64,000 nt of DNA, taken from Malacoraja senta. Its lineage: Eukaryota. Position numbers and translations under genes: made by a program. Shown piece after piece: positions 11,401-23,560 of this stretch (positions are counted from its first letter, which is position 1; each line of letters begins with the position of its first letter). Under the pieces are notes generated by a model. The model saw only the letters and a list, made by a program, of their open reading frames with translations, was not told the origin of the DNA and did not search any database. The stretch lies in assembly GCA_038087875.1 (NCBI GenBank), contig CM076000.1, positions 558,001 to 622,000 of the forward strand, written 5' to 3'.

Positions 11401-13234
11401 TATGAGGAAGGACAGGTAGCTGCAGCCAGGGAGCAGCCTCGAGAAAAGGGGAGAGCGGGAGCGGTTTTGGCACCGGACCTGACCATGGTCCAGGCACAAG
11501 ACCCCATTTTAAAGGCTGCCTCAGCAGCCATTTGCAGGCAGGAGAAGATAGAGGGATCGTATGGGGGTAAAGACATGTCAGTAAAGGAAGGCATGTTAAT
11601 CAAGGGAGATAAGTGGGTAGTGCCTTCCCTGTACAGAAGGGAATTTTTAAAACTAGCCCATGAGGGTCCAGGGGCAGGTCACCCCGGGCCAGAGACCACA
11701 TGGCAGCGAGTAGAGATGGCAGGATGGTGGCCAGTGCTCAGGGGAGACTTTCGCGACTTTTGCGCAAGCTGTCTGGTTTGCGCAGCAAACAACCCAGACC
11801 CCCAGAAAAGGAAGGTTTCTATGGGACACATCAGGAGGGTGGAGGGGCCATGGCAGTCGATTCAAATCGACTACATCGGACCCCTTCCAACCGCTCAAGG
11901 GGGTTACAAGTACTGCTTAGTCCTTGTGGATGTGTTCTCAAAATGGGTAGAGGCCTTCCCTTGCAGAGCAGCCACCGCTACGGCAAAAATCCTGGTTAGG
12001 GAGGTGTTCACCAGGTGGGGACTCCCACAGTTCGTGGAGTCAGATCAGGGGAGCCATTTCACGGGACAGGTCATGCAGTCCACCCTTAGAATACTGGGTA
12101 TCAAGGCCAAGTGGCATGTGGCCTAGCTCCCCCAGTCCTCAGGTCCGGTAGAGCGGTTGAACCGGACAATAAAGGAAAGGATAAGGAAGGAAACAGGGGA
12201 CTCACCCAACCAGTGGGTGGTGGTTTTACCCCTGGTCCTTATGGGGATTCGGGCCAGCCAGTCCAGGAGTACGGGGTACTCTCCCCATGAGCTTATGACG
12301 GGCCGGGTCATGAGAACGCCCATGCACGTTATGGTCCCAGCCTTAACAGAGGGACAGCTCAGGGAAGTGAACCAGGACAAGTTCGCCAAGAGGCTATTTG
12401 AACAACTTAGGCAGATTCACTGGCAGGCAGCCAGAAACATGGGGGCCCAGCACCAAAGAAACAAGCTACTGCTGGAGCCTCGCAGGCATTGCGAGTGGGC
12501 AGTGGGGGACCAGGTAATGGTCAGGAGATATGCTAGGGTAGGGGCATTCGAACCCTTGTATGCTGGCCCATACAACATAATGGACAAGGCCAGTCCCATG
12601 GTGTATGCCATTCAGCTTCCCCGTAGAGTCAAATGGTTCCACATCAACCAGTGTAAATTGTTCGACCCCACAAGGGCAGGGAAAAGTAAGAAATGGGTAC
12701 ATGTCAGGGGGACAGGATCAAGAACAGACCCGGGTTGATGTGGAAACTGGAGGGGAGCCAGGCGAGCCCACAGGTAGTCAGCCTGAAGTAGCCTGCTGTG
12801 TCCCAGAGCGAGGACTGGAAGCAGCGGGGAAGGATGCTGATTCCAGCCCTCCGCAGGCAGGTACCATAGACTGCCTAAGAGAGGCAGAACTAGCAGACGC
12901 AGAGGAGATGGAGGTATCACCTCTGGTGTGGGAACCCCTGGTCAGACGTAGGAGTAACAGGGTCACTAAACCCCCAGTAAGGTGGTCCCCATCCCTAATT
13001 AAACCTAGGGCTAGGGCCGGCCACAGGAGGGCCAGGAAGGAGAGTGGCCGAAACAGGGCACTACGGAGTGTGGCTGGAGGGAGCCCAGTCTCCGCAGGGA
13101 ATGTAGGGATATCTCGAAACCCCCTAGTGCAAAGGGAGGTGAGGGGCAGTCAGGCCCCTCGACAGGAGGAGTACTGGCTTGCACGGGTGTGCCCACCAGA
13201 GGGGTGGCCCCAGCGTGACGGGGACCAGTTATGA
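8446..13234 (+). pseudogene. pol: pro-pol: aspartic protease, RT, degenerate RNase H (tether), RNase H, integrase with C-terminal extension; disrupted
   Basis: Protease LLDTGASST; RT WRATVDYR, LDISNGFW, LPQEFHNSP, QYVDD; tether at about 9950-10810; RNase H YVDGS/QAEL/SDS/GNQRAD; integrase HEGPGAGH..CASCLVC, IQIDYIG, ESDQGSHF, YAGPY; RRSNRVTKPPVRW tail in 12605-13234. Frameshifts near 9750, 11020 and 12700, stop at 12124, insertion at 10129-10675. Confidence 0.92.
10129..10675. mobile_element. Probable solo LTR of an unrelated LTR element inserted in the tether RNase H
   Basis: About 547 bp of non-pol sequence beginning TGTTAGG and ending TGTTACG. It splits YWAVKRVQ from ITLLTHHTPTQMLL. TSD is degenerate. 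Confidence 0.6.
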
Positions 13235-13555
13235 GTTGGCCACCTGGAGACGGGTGGCGTTGTATATAGCATTGGTTTGTGTGTGAGTAGATGTAGTTAG
13301 CGTTTAGTAATAAGATATAGGGTTTTGTATAGATACAGGGGAGTACAGGTACGGACAGTACGGGAACGTCGGCTGCATCGAAGGGATGGGCTGTGGAAAA
13401 GTAGACCACAACAGAAAAAGACAAAACCCCGAATGCCATTATTAGGATGGTAGCCGCTACCGTCAGCCGGATGGCCACTCTTCCATGGGTGTGATGGAGT
13501 GCAGGGAGGCGGACGGCAATGTGGAGGCAAGGAGGTGTTTTGCTTTGTTTTCCAG

Positions 13556-14776
13556 ATGGGTAGCCCCGCCGTATGGATGATGGCAACGAGGTTCTGGGGG
13601 AGGAAAATGCAGTGGTAGGATCGGGGCTGCACGAAGAGGTGGCAATGACTCTACATCTAAAAGAAATCATAGCACAATTGGAGACACATGCAAAAACGAT
13701 AAACGCTTTGATTAAAGAGGACCGGAATGCGTCCGATCAGGCTGCACAGAATGAGGTGTGTGGGCTGTATGGTGCGTGGTTGTTGGGGGAGGGGAGGAGC
13801 AACCTGGAAGACCTGAGGCAAGGTCGGGTCCCCTCCTGGATAAGCAACCAGCACCTAGCAGCGCTACACCCTTATAACAGCACTTTGAGTCCTTGTCAGT
13901 TTCGTGTGGCCTCCGAGGCCTACCCGGCACCAGTGGATTGCGGAAAGTCCAATCACACTATAATGGGAGTGGTCGTAAGAATCCCGGTGATGGGGACCTC
14001 GGCACGACCAGCTCCTCTGTACCGAGTGGAGAACGTGGGAGTTGTTCGTGGGGGGGTGCATATTCGCTACGGGAAGGTCCCACCTTATGTCATAGTGAGT
14101 GAGCAAGCTGTGACAGGCATTGACCTTTTGGGTTGTCGGAGCCGGGGAGCACATGGGTGCCGAGGCTAGGCCTCAGTGTGGGTTCAGAACTGTTGGGGCA
14201 CAGCCTATAAACTGTACCATGGAGGCGATGGCGGCAGACCATGTCCCTCCACAGGTGGCGTATATAGGCAGTGGGACATACTGTGTCACCGCAAGTGCCC
14301 AGCGGTATCGGCACGGATCACAGCTGTGGTGCCCGATACCACACAGCAGCTTCTGTTTTAAACCCAGGGCAGAAGTCCATGTGGCACAGCAGCGAATATT
14401 ACCCATCCCGGAACCTTCTTCGGTTCACCTCTCGGTACGAGAAAATGTAACGGACTTATCTAACTATGTGGCCCATTTCGGGTATGATATTCCCCCAGTG
14501 AAGGAAAAATTAAAAGAGTTGCTGGCGGCGGTCGAGTTGTCGCACAAACACTTCTCCCTGGAACAAAAGACACTGGATATCGCCAGGGAGATCGAAGAAA
14601 TCAAGTCTCCAAGTTGGTGGGACCTGGAGTTCTGGATCATAGTTCCAGCATGGGTCCGCATCGTGTCCCATGTTTTGATCATCTGCCAGATGATAATTGT
14701 GGTGTATTTGCTATGCATTAATTGCAAATTTAAAAGGCGGAGGAGGATGGCCAAATTACAACAGCTGGTAAATTGA
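13556..14776 (+). pseudogene. env: env-like class I fusion glycoprotein (paramyxo/pneumovirus F-like ectodomain), apparently internally deleted and frameshifted
   Basis: ORFs 13573-14169 and 14120-14776 show a heptad-like helix, LEDLRQGRVPSWIS, VVVRIPV...LYRVENVG, a Cys-rich block, a second heptad, TM IVSHVLIICQMIIVVYLLCI and basic tail KFKRRRR. Strong acceptor TTTTGCTTTGTTTTCCAG|ATG at 13555/13556. Confidence 0.75.
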
Positions 14777-15100
14777 GCCGCCCGACGCAGCTGTAACGAC
14801 ACCTCGGCACTGTAAAATGTCTGTACTCTTGCAATGGTTTTCGTACATATGTTGTGTTCCCTGCATTTTCAGGGAATGGTCGTGATGGTACTGTATGGTT
14901 TGTGGGATTGATTTAAAGTAAAAGGTGTATAGTGTAAGTTAATGTGCTTCGAGGGTCTAGTTTAGCAATTAAGGGGCCTTTCGGGGTACATAATTTCACC
15001 ATCTCCACAGGGGTGTTTACAACTCTTGAGACTGGAGGAGTTGCCCACTAACTTTGTCAATCGATACGGTCCGTGCAAGCCTGGACGTATCGTAGGGGCA

Positions 15101-16039
15101 TGTAAGTTATTGGGGGCAAATCCTCCTCAAGATTATGGAAGAACTCAGATAAGGACATGGACATTTTTAAACCAGGTTTGCTGGCTGCAACGGAAACCCC
15201 CCCAATCCACAAAGGAAGAACCAGTTTCGAAACTGTCTGTGGGCCTGGGCATTACACCACTATGCGAATGGCGTGAGCAGGAAAGGCTGAGACGGAGATA
15301 ACGAGATTATCGTGGAAACACAAAGGAAGGTACCGAGCCTCAGCAGACGGTGGTAAACAGGCCAGCAGCAAGCACAATCAACATCGTGGATGACCCATCC
15401 ATCGGGACAATGGAAGCCCATCTAGGCGATGGGATAACGATCAGGCTGAGGGATCATGACATCAGCAAACCCCTTATCATCGGAAGCCTATTGTTCATGC
15501 CAGATCGAAACTGGGAATCATCAAAAGACCCTTTTGTCCAGAGGACCACCTGGGGGGTTTCAAGGGAGAAACTCAGGTATAAAAAGCAGGAGTCAAGCCA
15601 GAACTCGCTCTCTTTTCTGCTCTGTTGGACGACTCCTGACCCTGCATCGATCTAGCTGTAAGTACCCCAGACGACCTGGTGAAGTTCCCGAAAATAGGAT
15701 AGAGGTTGAGAGAAGGGGAAAGGGGGTGTATTTGTAAAATTGTGTAAAGTAAGTTTTACGACGTGCCCGATAATTTTCTTTCCATAGTCTTAGTTTAAAG
15801 CATAAGTTTAGTCACGTATTATGTAGTGTTGGTGAGATTCGATTTCTCATTGTTTAATAAAGCCTGTAAATTTTAGACTTGCTTTGAGTCCGTCTTGGTT
15901 TCTGTTTTCTCTCATCAGCACGCTCTGGTCAAGTCAACCTTTTATCATATCCCACCATAATTCCAAGGTCTAGAACCTAGGGGAACCCCTTTTTTTCAGG
16001 CAGTTGGGCCCGAAGTGAAGGGAACCAAAACCCCCCACA
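15101..16039 (+). repeat. 3' LTR (939 bp)
   Basis: Direct repeat of the 5' LTR, preceded by a short purine tract AGGGGCA. Confidence 0.97.
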
Positions 16040-18499
16040 ACTCACGGACTGTGTTGCCAGCTACATAAAGTTCTGTGTGAAAAATAGTGTACAGTCTCCC
16101 CGAGGAGACTGTCCACTGTTTTCCCAACAACAAGCCCTGGGTCACTAGTGACATAAAAGCCCTTCTCAACCAGAAGAGGGCCTTCAGGAATGGTGACAGG
16201 AACGAGGTGAAATGGGTGCAGAAAGACCTGAAGGCGAGACTAAGACAGGGCAAGGACGACTACAGTAGGAAGCTGGAGCAGAAACTTCAGCAGAACAACA
16301 TGAGGGATGTGTGGAGCGGAATGAAGAGCATTACAGGCTACAAGAAGACCAGTTGCCTGGAGAGGGAAAGCAATCAGGACTGGGCCAATGAGCTAAACCT
16401 GTTTTTTTAAAATAGATTTGATGGTGGGGCCTCTGCCCAACCTCCCACCTGCTCCCCGACAGTCTCTCCCCCTCAATCTCCCTGGTGCACTTCCTCTGCC
16501 CTTTCTTTGCCGAGCCTGACCATCAAGGCCAAGCAGGTGAGGAAGGAGCTGAGCAGACTCTGTCCAGGCAAAGTTACGAGTCCCGATGGTGTCAGCCCTA
16601 GGGTACACAAGGCGTGTGCCAGTCAGTTGTGTGGAGTACTACAGCATATCTTCAACCTGAGCCTGGAGAGGGTTCCTGTGATGTGGAAGACATCCTGCCT
16701 GTTTCCTGTACCAAAGAGGACGCGCCCCAGCTCCTCCAATGACTACAGACCGGTGGCGCTGAATTCACACATCAGGAAGTCCCTGGAGAGGCTGGTGCTC
16801 ATTCACCTGCGACCCCTGCTTAAATCCTAAATGGGGTCCCCTGCAGTTCGCTTACCAAGCAAAGATGGGGGTTTGAGGATGCCATCATCCACCTGCTTCA
16901 TCGATCCTATGCTCACCTGGATAAGCCGGGAAGCATTGTGAGAGATGTTTTTTACTTCTCCAGTGTTTTTAACACAATCTGGCCTGAACTGCTAGGGAGC
17001 AAACTGATGAAGATACGGGTGGATGCTCCATTGGTGTCCTGGATCACCAACTACCTGACTGGACGACCACAATATATCAGGCAACAGAACTGTGTCTCGG
17101 ACATGGTGGTGAGCAACACAGGAGCCCCACAGGGGACGGTCCTTTTTCTCTTCCTGTTTACCATCTACACCTCAGACTTCAGACATAACTCCACCTCCTG
17201 CCACCTGCAGAGGTTTTCAGATGGCTCTGCAATTGTGGGCTGCATCAGTGAGGGGAGGGAAGCTGAATACAGAGGTGTAGTCAACAAATTTGTTGAGTGG
17301 TGTGGGCTGAATCACTGCAGCTCAACACCGACAATATCTAAAGAGTTGGTGGTAGACTTTAGGAGGAGAGGAACACCCCTGTCCCTTGGCTCCATCATTG
17401 GTGTGGATGTGCAGTTTACCGGGGAGTGCAAATACCTTGGCGTGTACGTGGACAGTAGACTGGACTGGTCCAGGAGCTGAGGCCCTGTACAAGAAGGGAC
17501 AGAGCCGGCTGTACTTTTTGAGAAGGCTCCACTCCTTCAACGTCTGCAGTGAGATGCTGCAGATGTTCTAGCAATCGGTGGTAGCCAGTGCCATCTTCTT
17601 CGTTGTCGTGTGCTGGGGCAGCAGGGCGAAGGCTGCGGACGCCAATAGGAATAACAAACTCATCAGGAACGTTTGGCTCCGTCCTGGGGGCGGAGTTGGA
17701 TTCTTGGGAGGTGGTCTTGGAGGGGAGGATGCTCCTCAAACTGCAGAGCATCCTGGACAATACAGCTCACCCCCTCCATGACACACTGGTTAACCCGAGG
17801 AGTACCTTCAGCAACAGACTGGTTCCACCAAGATGCAGGACAGAACGCCACAGAAGATCTTTCTTGCCTGTGGCTATCAAACTTTGCAACTCCTCCCCTT
17901 CTGTCATTGGGTAGACTGAGACTGAGACTGACCCCCCCCCCCCCCAACCTTTGCACATCCCCAAAGCCTTACCACTCGTCACTTTATTTTCATTTCATGT
18001 ATTTTGTGTTTTAGAATATTTTAGAATATTAGGAAAGCAGCAAAAGACCAGTCTCTATTCTCCAAAAAATGCAAGATAAACTCAAATCAATCATATTGCT
18101 AGAATCAATTTAACATTTGTTTTGCTTATGTTGAAATATCTAAAGTGGCGTCATAAAACACAATCTTCATTCTCACAGTTCTCTTCATTTTTAGTAACTA
18201 ATCATTTATAAAGTTCCACAAATTATAAATGGGTAGCACAGCATCTAAAAAAAGAGATAAAACAGCACTGTTGGCAATACTTAACCGGTAAAACATGGTC
18301 TAGAGTTGGGATAACTATTACCATAAGACAAAAAGATTTGCACACATCTTTTGTGGCAACTATTAACACATTTAAGGCATTCATACAGGTTTTCAAAAAG
18401 GAGACTCTGATTAATAAGCATTTGTTATTTCACACAGCTTATTTCACACTAACTTCAAAAGGTTTATCAAATTCTTCGAACACACTCCATGAAATAACA

Positions 18500-18673
18500 G
18501 GCAGAAACAAGGAACTGCAGATGTTGGTTTACAAAAAAAGACACAAGAGTGCTGGAGTAACTCAGCGGGCCAGGCAGCATTTCTGGAGAGCATGGAGAAC
18601 GTCACCTATCCATGATGTCCAGAGATGCTGCCTGACCCACTGAGTAACCCCAGCACTCTGTGTCTTCTTTCTG
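18500..18673. mobile_element. Penelope-derived palindromic non-autonomous element
   Basis: Inverted arms GCTGGAGTAACTCAGCGGG...CCCACTGAGTAACCCCAGC; flanking TGAAATA(A/G)CA duplication. Confidence 0.7.
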
Positions 18674-19527
18674 TGAAATAGCATGTGAATGAATACCAGG
18701 CATAATTCCTATTTCCAAAGTTTTTATTCTGCTGGTCAAAGCCATTTCTGCATCACAACAGCTAAACATTGGGTAAATAAATAAATGTTAAAACTTAACT
18801 TTAACGTAGCACATACTTTCTAAATGACCAAACAGTTATGACCCCTTGGTGCGCTGTGAACCTGTTTTCGTATCCGCTACTTTCGACCAGAAAGCATAAT
18901 TTGCGCTGACAGCGGATTTGTTATGTAAAAGAAAACCTTTCCGAATAAAACGCAGTAGATGCAGAAGATTACGGCATCACAGAAAAATGCATTTTTTAAT
19001 GCAACCATATCATGAGTCACTGCTTCCCACAACTACACAATCGCCGTACACTGGGTAGATGAGGCGCACCTGCAATCCACACAAACACTGCATTGTGCAG
19101 AGTGCACGGCACTCACCTTGCTTCAACCCAACTTGGTGACGAGCCCGTGGTGGAAGCTGGTAGCGCTCCGGCGTACGGACTTTGTAGTTTAACACCAGTT
19201 CTTTACACCATTTTCCCCATTGTGACTCCAAAATTGAACCACAACTCCCAGAATACAAAGCAACACACATGCGCATTACCATGTGGATGGCTGCAACCAA
19301 AATTTTAAAGCTAGTGCAGTTCTTTCGTTTTCTGTGCAGGGTGAATTAAAAGTTCAGACGCTTGGGTTGTTGCGTGCCATGAAACAATGCACAAGCCCAC
19401 GCCCAGAAAAGAAGCACACGAGTAAATTCTTGCAGTTGCTGGAAATCTGAAACAAAATAGAAAATGTTAGAGTACTCAGCAGAATAGACAGTATCAATAA
19501 AGACAAAAACTGTTGGGGCTTCAGGTC

Positions 19528-20137
19528 GACAAAATTGCTGGAGAAACTCAGCGGGAGAGGCAGCATCTATGGAGCGAAGGAAATAGGCAACGTTTCGGGC
19601 CGAAACGTTGCCTATTTCCTTCGCTCCATAGATGCTGCTGCACCCGCTGAGTTTCTCCAGCATTTTTGTGTGACCCTTCTTCGGACTGATGTGCAAAGAG
19701 CTCCGATCTGTAATCTTTGCTGATGTGAGGGTGGGGGCGGGAAGAAGAAAGGAAGAGGAGGAGCCAGTGAGCTGAGGGAGAGCTGAGAAGGGGAGGAGAA
19801 AGTAAGGACTACCTGAAATTAGAGAAGTCAATGTTCATACCGCTGGGGTGCAAACTGCCCAAGCGAAATATGAGGTGCTGCTCCTCCAATTTACGGTGGT
19901 CCTCACTCTGGCCATGGAGGAGGCCCAGGACAGGAGGCCCAGGACAGGAGGTGTTCGGCGAAGCGTTCGCCAAGCCTACGCTTGGTCTCACCGATGTAGA
20001 GCAGCTGACATCTAGAGCAGCGGATGCAATAGATGAGGTTGGAGGAGGTGCAGGTGAACCTCAGCCACACCTGGAAAGACTGCTTGGGTCCTTGAATGGA
20101 ATCAAGGGGGGAGCTAAAGCGACAAGTGTAGCGACAA
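19528..20137 (-). mobile_element. Penelope-like element 3' fragment (GIY-YIG C-terminus) with inverted pLTR
   Basis: Minus strand reads ...YIGETKRRLGERFAEH...RKLEEQHLIFRLGSLHPSGMNIDFSNFR. Hairpin with 70-bp arms at 19529-19669. TSD GG(C/T)TTCAGGTC. Confidence 0.88.
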
Positions 20138-20880
20138 GGTTTCAGGTCAATGGAAAAATTATGAACTGTGATTTATGATTATTTAAATTTAAAAAATGAT
20201 CAAAAAGAAGTTGCAATCATAATTTAAGGCCTCATCATATGGTTTTAATATTGACATTCACTGATAAGTTCAGATGTATTTCCTGCAATTTCAGTTGAAA
20301 AAAATATATATTTTTCATAACCAGATTTTATTGCCATTCAAATGATAAAATTATTTCTATGCGATTTGATTGTGAATTGTTGATATTGAATGAGTTCTGG
20401 CATGCATGTTGTACATGCATGTAAAGCCACAACTAAATAAGCTCACAATAGTTGGAAATTAGATTATTTTTGTTATGATCTATTTTATTTAATAAATTAT
20501 AATAAATTTGAGTTAAAATACTGATTTTTCAAAATAAATTATGTACTAAAATAGAAAAAAATGCATGTTGAGTGAACAAAAAAAACAATGCTGCATCTTT
20601 TCCAAAAATCTATGACCATTTCCAGCTCAATCTGCTCACTCTCGACTCGCAAATGTCCTTGTGCTGTCAAACAATTTGTCTGACATCTAGTTCCAGATGA
20701 GTCAAAATATTCTCCAGTTATGCATTAGGAAACCCAACACTGTTGTCTTCAGCATATATTATCTGATACTTTGCCTGTGATTTAATTGCTGCTCCTTAGC
20801 ACTGCCACTACAGAATCCATTCATGGCTGATGTCTTAAACTAAACAAGATTGCATGTAATATGTGCACTATATTTAACTC

Positions 20881-21410
20881 TGATCAAGATCAAGATCAAG
20901 ATATATTTATCTGTCACATGTGCCAGATGGCACAGTGAAATGTGATCACCGTACAGCCATACAATAAAATAAAGAACACACCACACGATAGAGTTCAACA
21001 TAAAACTTCCCCACACAGCAGAATCAAAAGTTTCCCACTGTGAGGGAAGGCACCAAAGTCTGTCTCTTCCTCGATGTTCACCCGTGGTCGGGGCCTCCGG
21101 AGCCCTCCACAGTCGTCGCTATGGGCAGCCCGCCGCTCAGGCTCGCTCGCCGAGATGTTGGCTCTCCGACGTTGGGACTGGAGACCAACCTCAGTGGCTT
21201 GGACCTCCAAATCGGCCGCTTCCCACCGGAGTCCGCAGCTCCCGACGTCCCCAGGCCGCGCCGGGCGGAGATTCAACACTGGCGGCCCTCGGCAAAGGGC
21301 CCCAGGACTCCGTGATGTCGGTCAGCGCCGCCCGCGTTGGGAACTCCACGACCACAGCTCCATGATGTCGATGCTAAAGGCCCAATGCTCCGGAGCTCCA
21401 AACGGCGATT
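20881..21410 (-). mobile_element. Non-autonomous retroposon with Rex1-like 3' tail and GC-rich body
   Basis: (TCTTGA)n tail and the adjacent TTTATCTGTCACATG motif resemble the Rex1 3' ends in this window. No RT coding seen in the body. Confidence 0.5.
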
Positions 21411-21571
21411 AAGGAAGGTATGTCTAATGTTATGTCTAATCCTGCCTTAGTCTACAACCTTGTATCTTCTCCATATTAAAAAATGACCTTCCGTATGGTC
21501 ATCTGGTGAATATAATGGCCTGTTTTGGTTACCTTGGAAATCTAAGTTTCAAATGGGCTTCAAACTGGTGT

Positions 21572-22055
21572 ACACAAAAATGCTGGAGAAACTCAGCGGG
21601 TGCAGCAGCATCTATGGAGCGAAGGAAATAGGCAACGTTTCGGGCCGAAACCCTTCTTCAGACTGATAGGGGGTGGGGAGAAGAAAGGAAAAAAGGAAAA
21701 AAGGCGGAGGAGGAGCCCGAGGGCTTGGGGAGGGGAGGAGACAACCAGAGGGCTGATGAAGGGGAGGGGACAGCAAGGGCTAGCAGAATTGGGAGAATTC
21801 AATGTTCAAGCCCCCAGGATGTAGACTGCCCAAGCGGAATATGAGGTGCATTTCCTCCAATTTCCGGTGTTGCTCGCTGTGGCCATGGAGGAGACCCAGG
21901 ACAGAGAGGTCAGATACGGAATGGGAGGGGGAGTTGAAGTGCTGAGCCACCGGGAGGTCAGGTTGGTTATTGCGGACCGACCGGAGGTGTTCGGCAAAAC
22001 GATCGCCAAGCCTCCGCTTGGTCTCACCGATGTAGATCAGCTGGCATCTAGAGCA
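21572..22055 (-). mobile_element. Penelope-like element 3' fragment (GIY-YIG) with pLTR
   Basis: Minus strand reads CQLIYIGETKRRLGDRFAEH...VAQHFNSPSH...LEEMHLIFRLG. Perfect 12-bp TSD TCAAACTGGTGT (21560-21571 and 22056-22067). Confidence 0.9.
21631..21664 (-). ncRNA. Minimal type I hammerhead ribozyme core in Penelope pLTR
   Basis: Minus strand AGT-CTGAAGA-AGGG-TTTCGG-CCC-GAAAC-GTT-GCC. Confidence 0.7.
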
Positions 22056-22269
22056 TCAAACTGGTGTTATTGGTTGGACACTTCTGTGGATTTGGTCAAT
22101 TTAAAACCATCTTTCATATTTTAAATGGTATCAAGTCCAACATTCATCACCTTAATCACTGGTGTACATTAATTAGTAAACCATTCATTAGGTTTATACT
22201 GTACTGATGGGACAGTGTAAATCTTAATTCAGAAAGACACACATCAATAAAAGATGGTCAGCATATATT

Positions 22270-23560
22270 TACAAAGGGTAGGTTGTATCTGACTAAGTTA
22301 ATTAAATTCATAGAACTAACATGGATGATCAGCCAAGGCAGTGATGTTGATGTAATTTACATGGATTTCAACAAGGCTTTTGACAAGGCCCCACACAGTG
22401 GTCAGGTCAAAATAAAAGCCAAGAATGGGGAAACTGGATCCAACATTGACTTATAGGAAGTTAATGTAATGGTCAACAAGTGTTTTTGTAACTGGAAGAT
22501 ACTTACCAGTTGAGTTCCATATAATTCATTTGAGGGCATGATAATGAAATTTGAAGATTACAGTAAGGAGAAAAAAACTGAAGGATGATATGGAGAGCTT
22601 GAAGAGTGGCAAATGGAACATGATACAGGGATGCAAACAATAATGTGTGTGACTGTGTGTGAGCGTGTGTGACTTGGAGTGAAGCCTTTGGGTCTTTGGC
22701 ATTTCAATACACTTGAGGAATACACTTGGTACAATTTTGATACACTTGGTATCCCTGGGTTTCCAGTTATAGACATTATATGTTTGGTAGAAGATACTGA
22801 GTGCTGCAGCAGGTCAGATAACATTTAGGAGAACATGGATAGGTGATATTTTGGGTCGGGACACTTCTTCAGACTGATTGTAGAGGTGAGAAAGAAAGCT
22901 GGAAGAGAGGAGGGGTAGGACAAAGCCTGGAAAGTACTGTTGTGGTTTATTTAGTCATGGAGTTTAGGCTTTGGCATTTGGTGAATAAAATACACTGTAG
23001 ATGGTGGTAGAGTGAAAAAATCTTTACGGTTCTAAAAGGACAACAAAAACAGAGTAACACGGCTATATGTGCATTATTGAAAGTGGCAAAATTGATTGAG
23101 AAGGTGGTTGAAAATATATGTAATGTTAGACTTTATAAATAAAGGCACAGAGTACATGAGCAACCAAGTTGCACTAAAATGTTGGAGTGTTGTATCCAGT
23201 TTTGGACACCAAAAACGTTTATGAATAGCTTTAGAGAGGATGCAAAACAGATTTTCTAAAATGATTCCTAGGAAAAGGAACTTTAGATGTGTGGGTAGAA
23301 TAGATAATCTGGGGTTTTTTACCCTTGGGACAGGGGAGATTGCAAATTTGAGAGTAGGTAGAGAGAAACTGCTCTCATTGACAGAAAAGTCAAGAGCTGG
23401 GGGATATAGAATGAAGACAATTTGTTAAAGAACCAAAAATTGACTGAGAAAAAGACTTATCTGCAGCAAATAGTTTGGGTTCTGTAATGCAATGTCATGG
23501 GGAGTAGTAGAGGCTAATTCAGCCATTTGCACAAATTCAGGAGCTGCACAAATATATGAA
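22270..23560 (+). mobile_element. Old CR1 LINE fragments with an embedded Penelope pLTR remnant (about 22790-22930)
   Basis: VDVIYMDFNKAFDK-like sequence at about 22345; LECCIQFW-like sequence at about 23180. Confidence 0.6.

Larger units (their letters stand above)
5636..16039 (+). mobile_element. Endogenous retrovirus-like provirus with lokiretrovirus-like organisation (LTR-gag-pol with two RNase H domains-env-LTR), defective
   Basis: Paired TGT...ACA LTRs, PBS, gag zinc knuckle, protease DTGA, RT LPQ/YVDD, two RNase H domains, HHCC/DDE integrase with GPY motif, and env with a C-terminal TM segment. Confidence 0.93.
5060..18010 (+). mobile_element. Rex1/Babar-type LINE, decayed, split by the provirus (arms about 5060-5635 and 16040-18010)
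   Basis: Left arm has APE motifs (GGGLVILVNNKWC, VYIPP, GDFNH). Right arm has FPNNKPW, NDYRPVAL and GAPQGTVL. The DIDGLTD-like coding sequence joins across the provirus. Confidence 0.85.

Noticed and set aside
13011..13670. 219-aa antisense ORF between pol and env
   Set aside because: No motif or other support; plausible by chance. Revisit if it is conserved in other copies.
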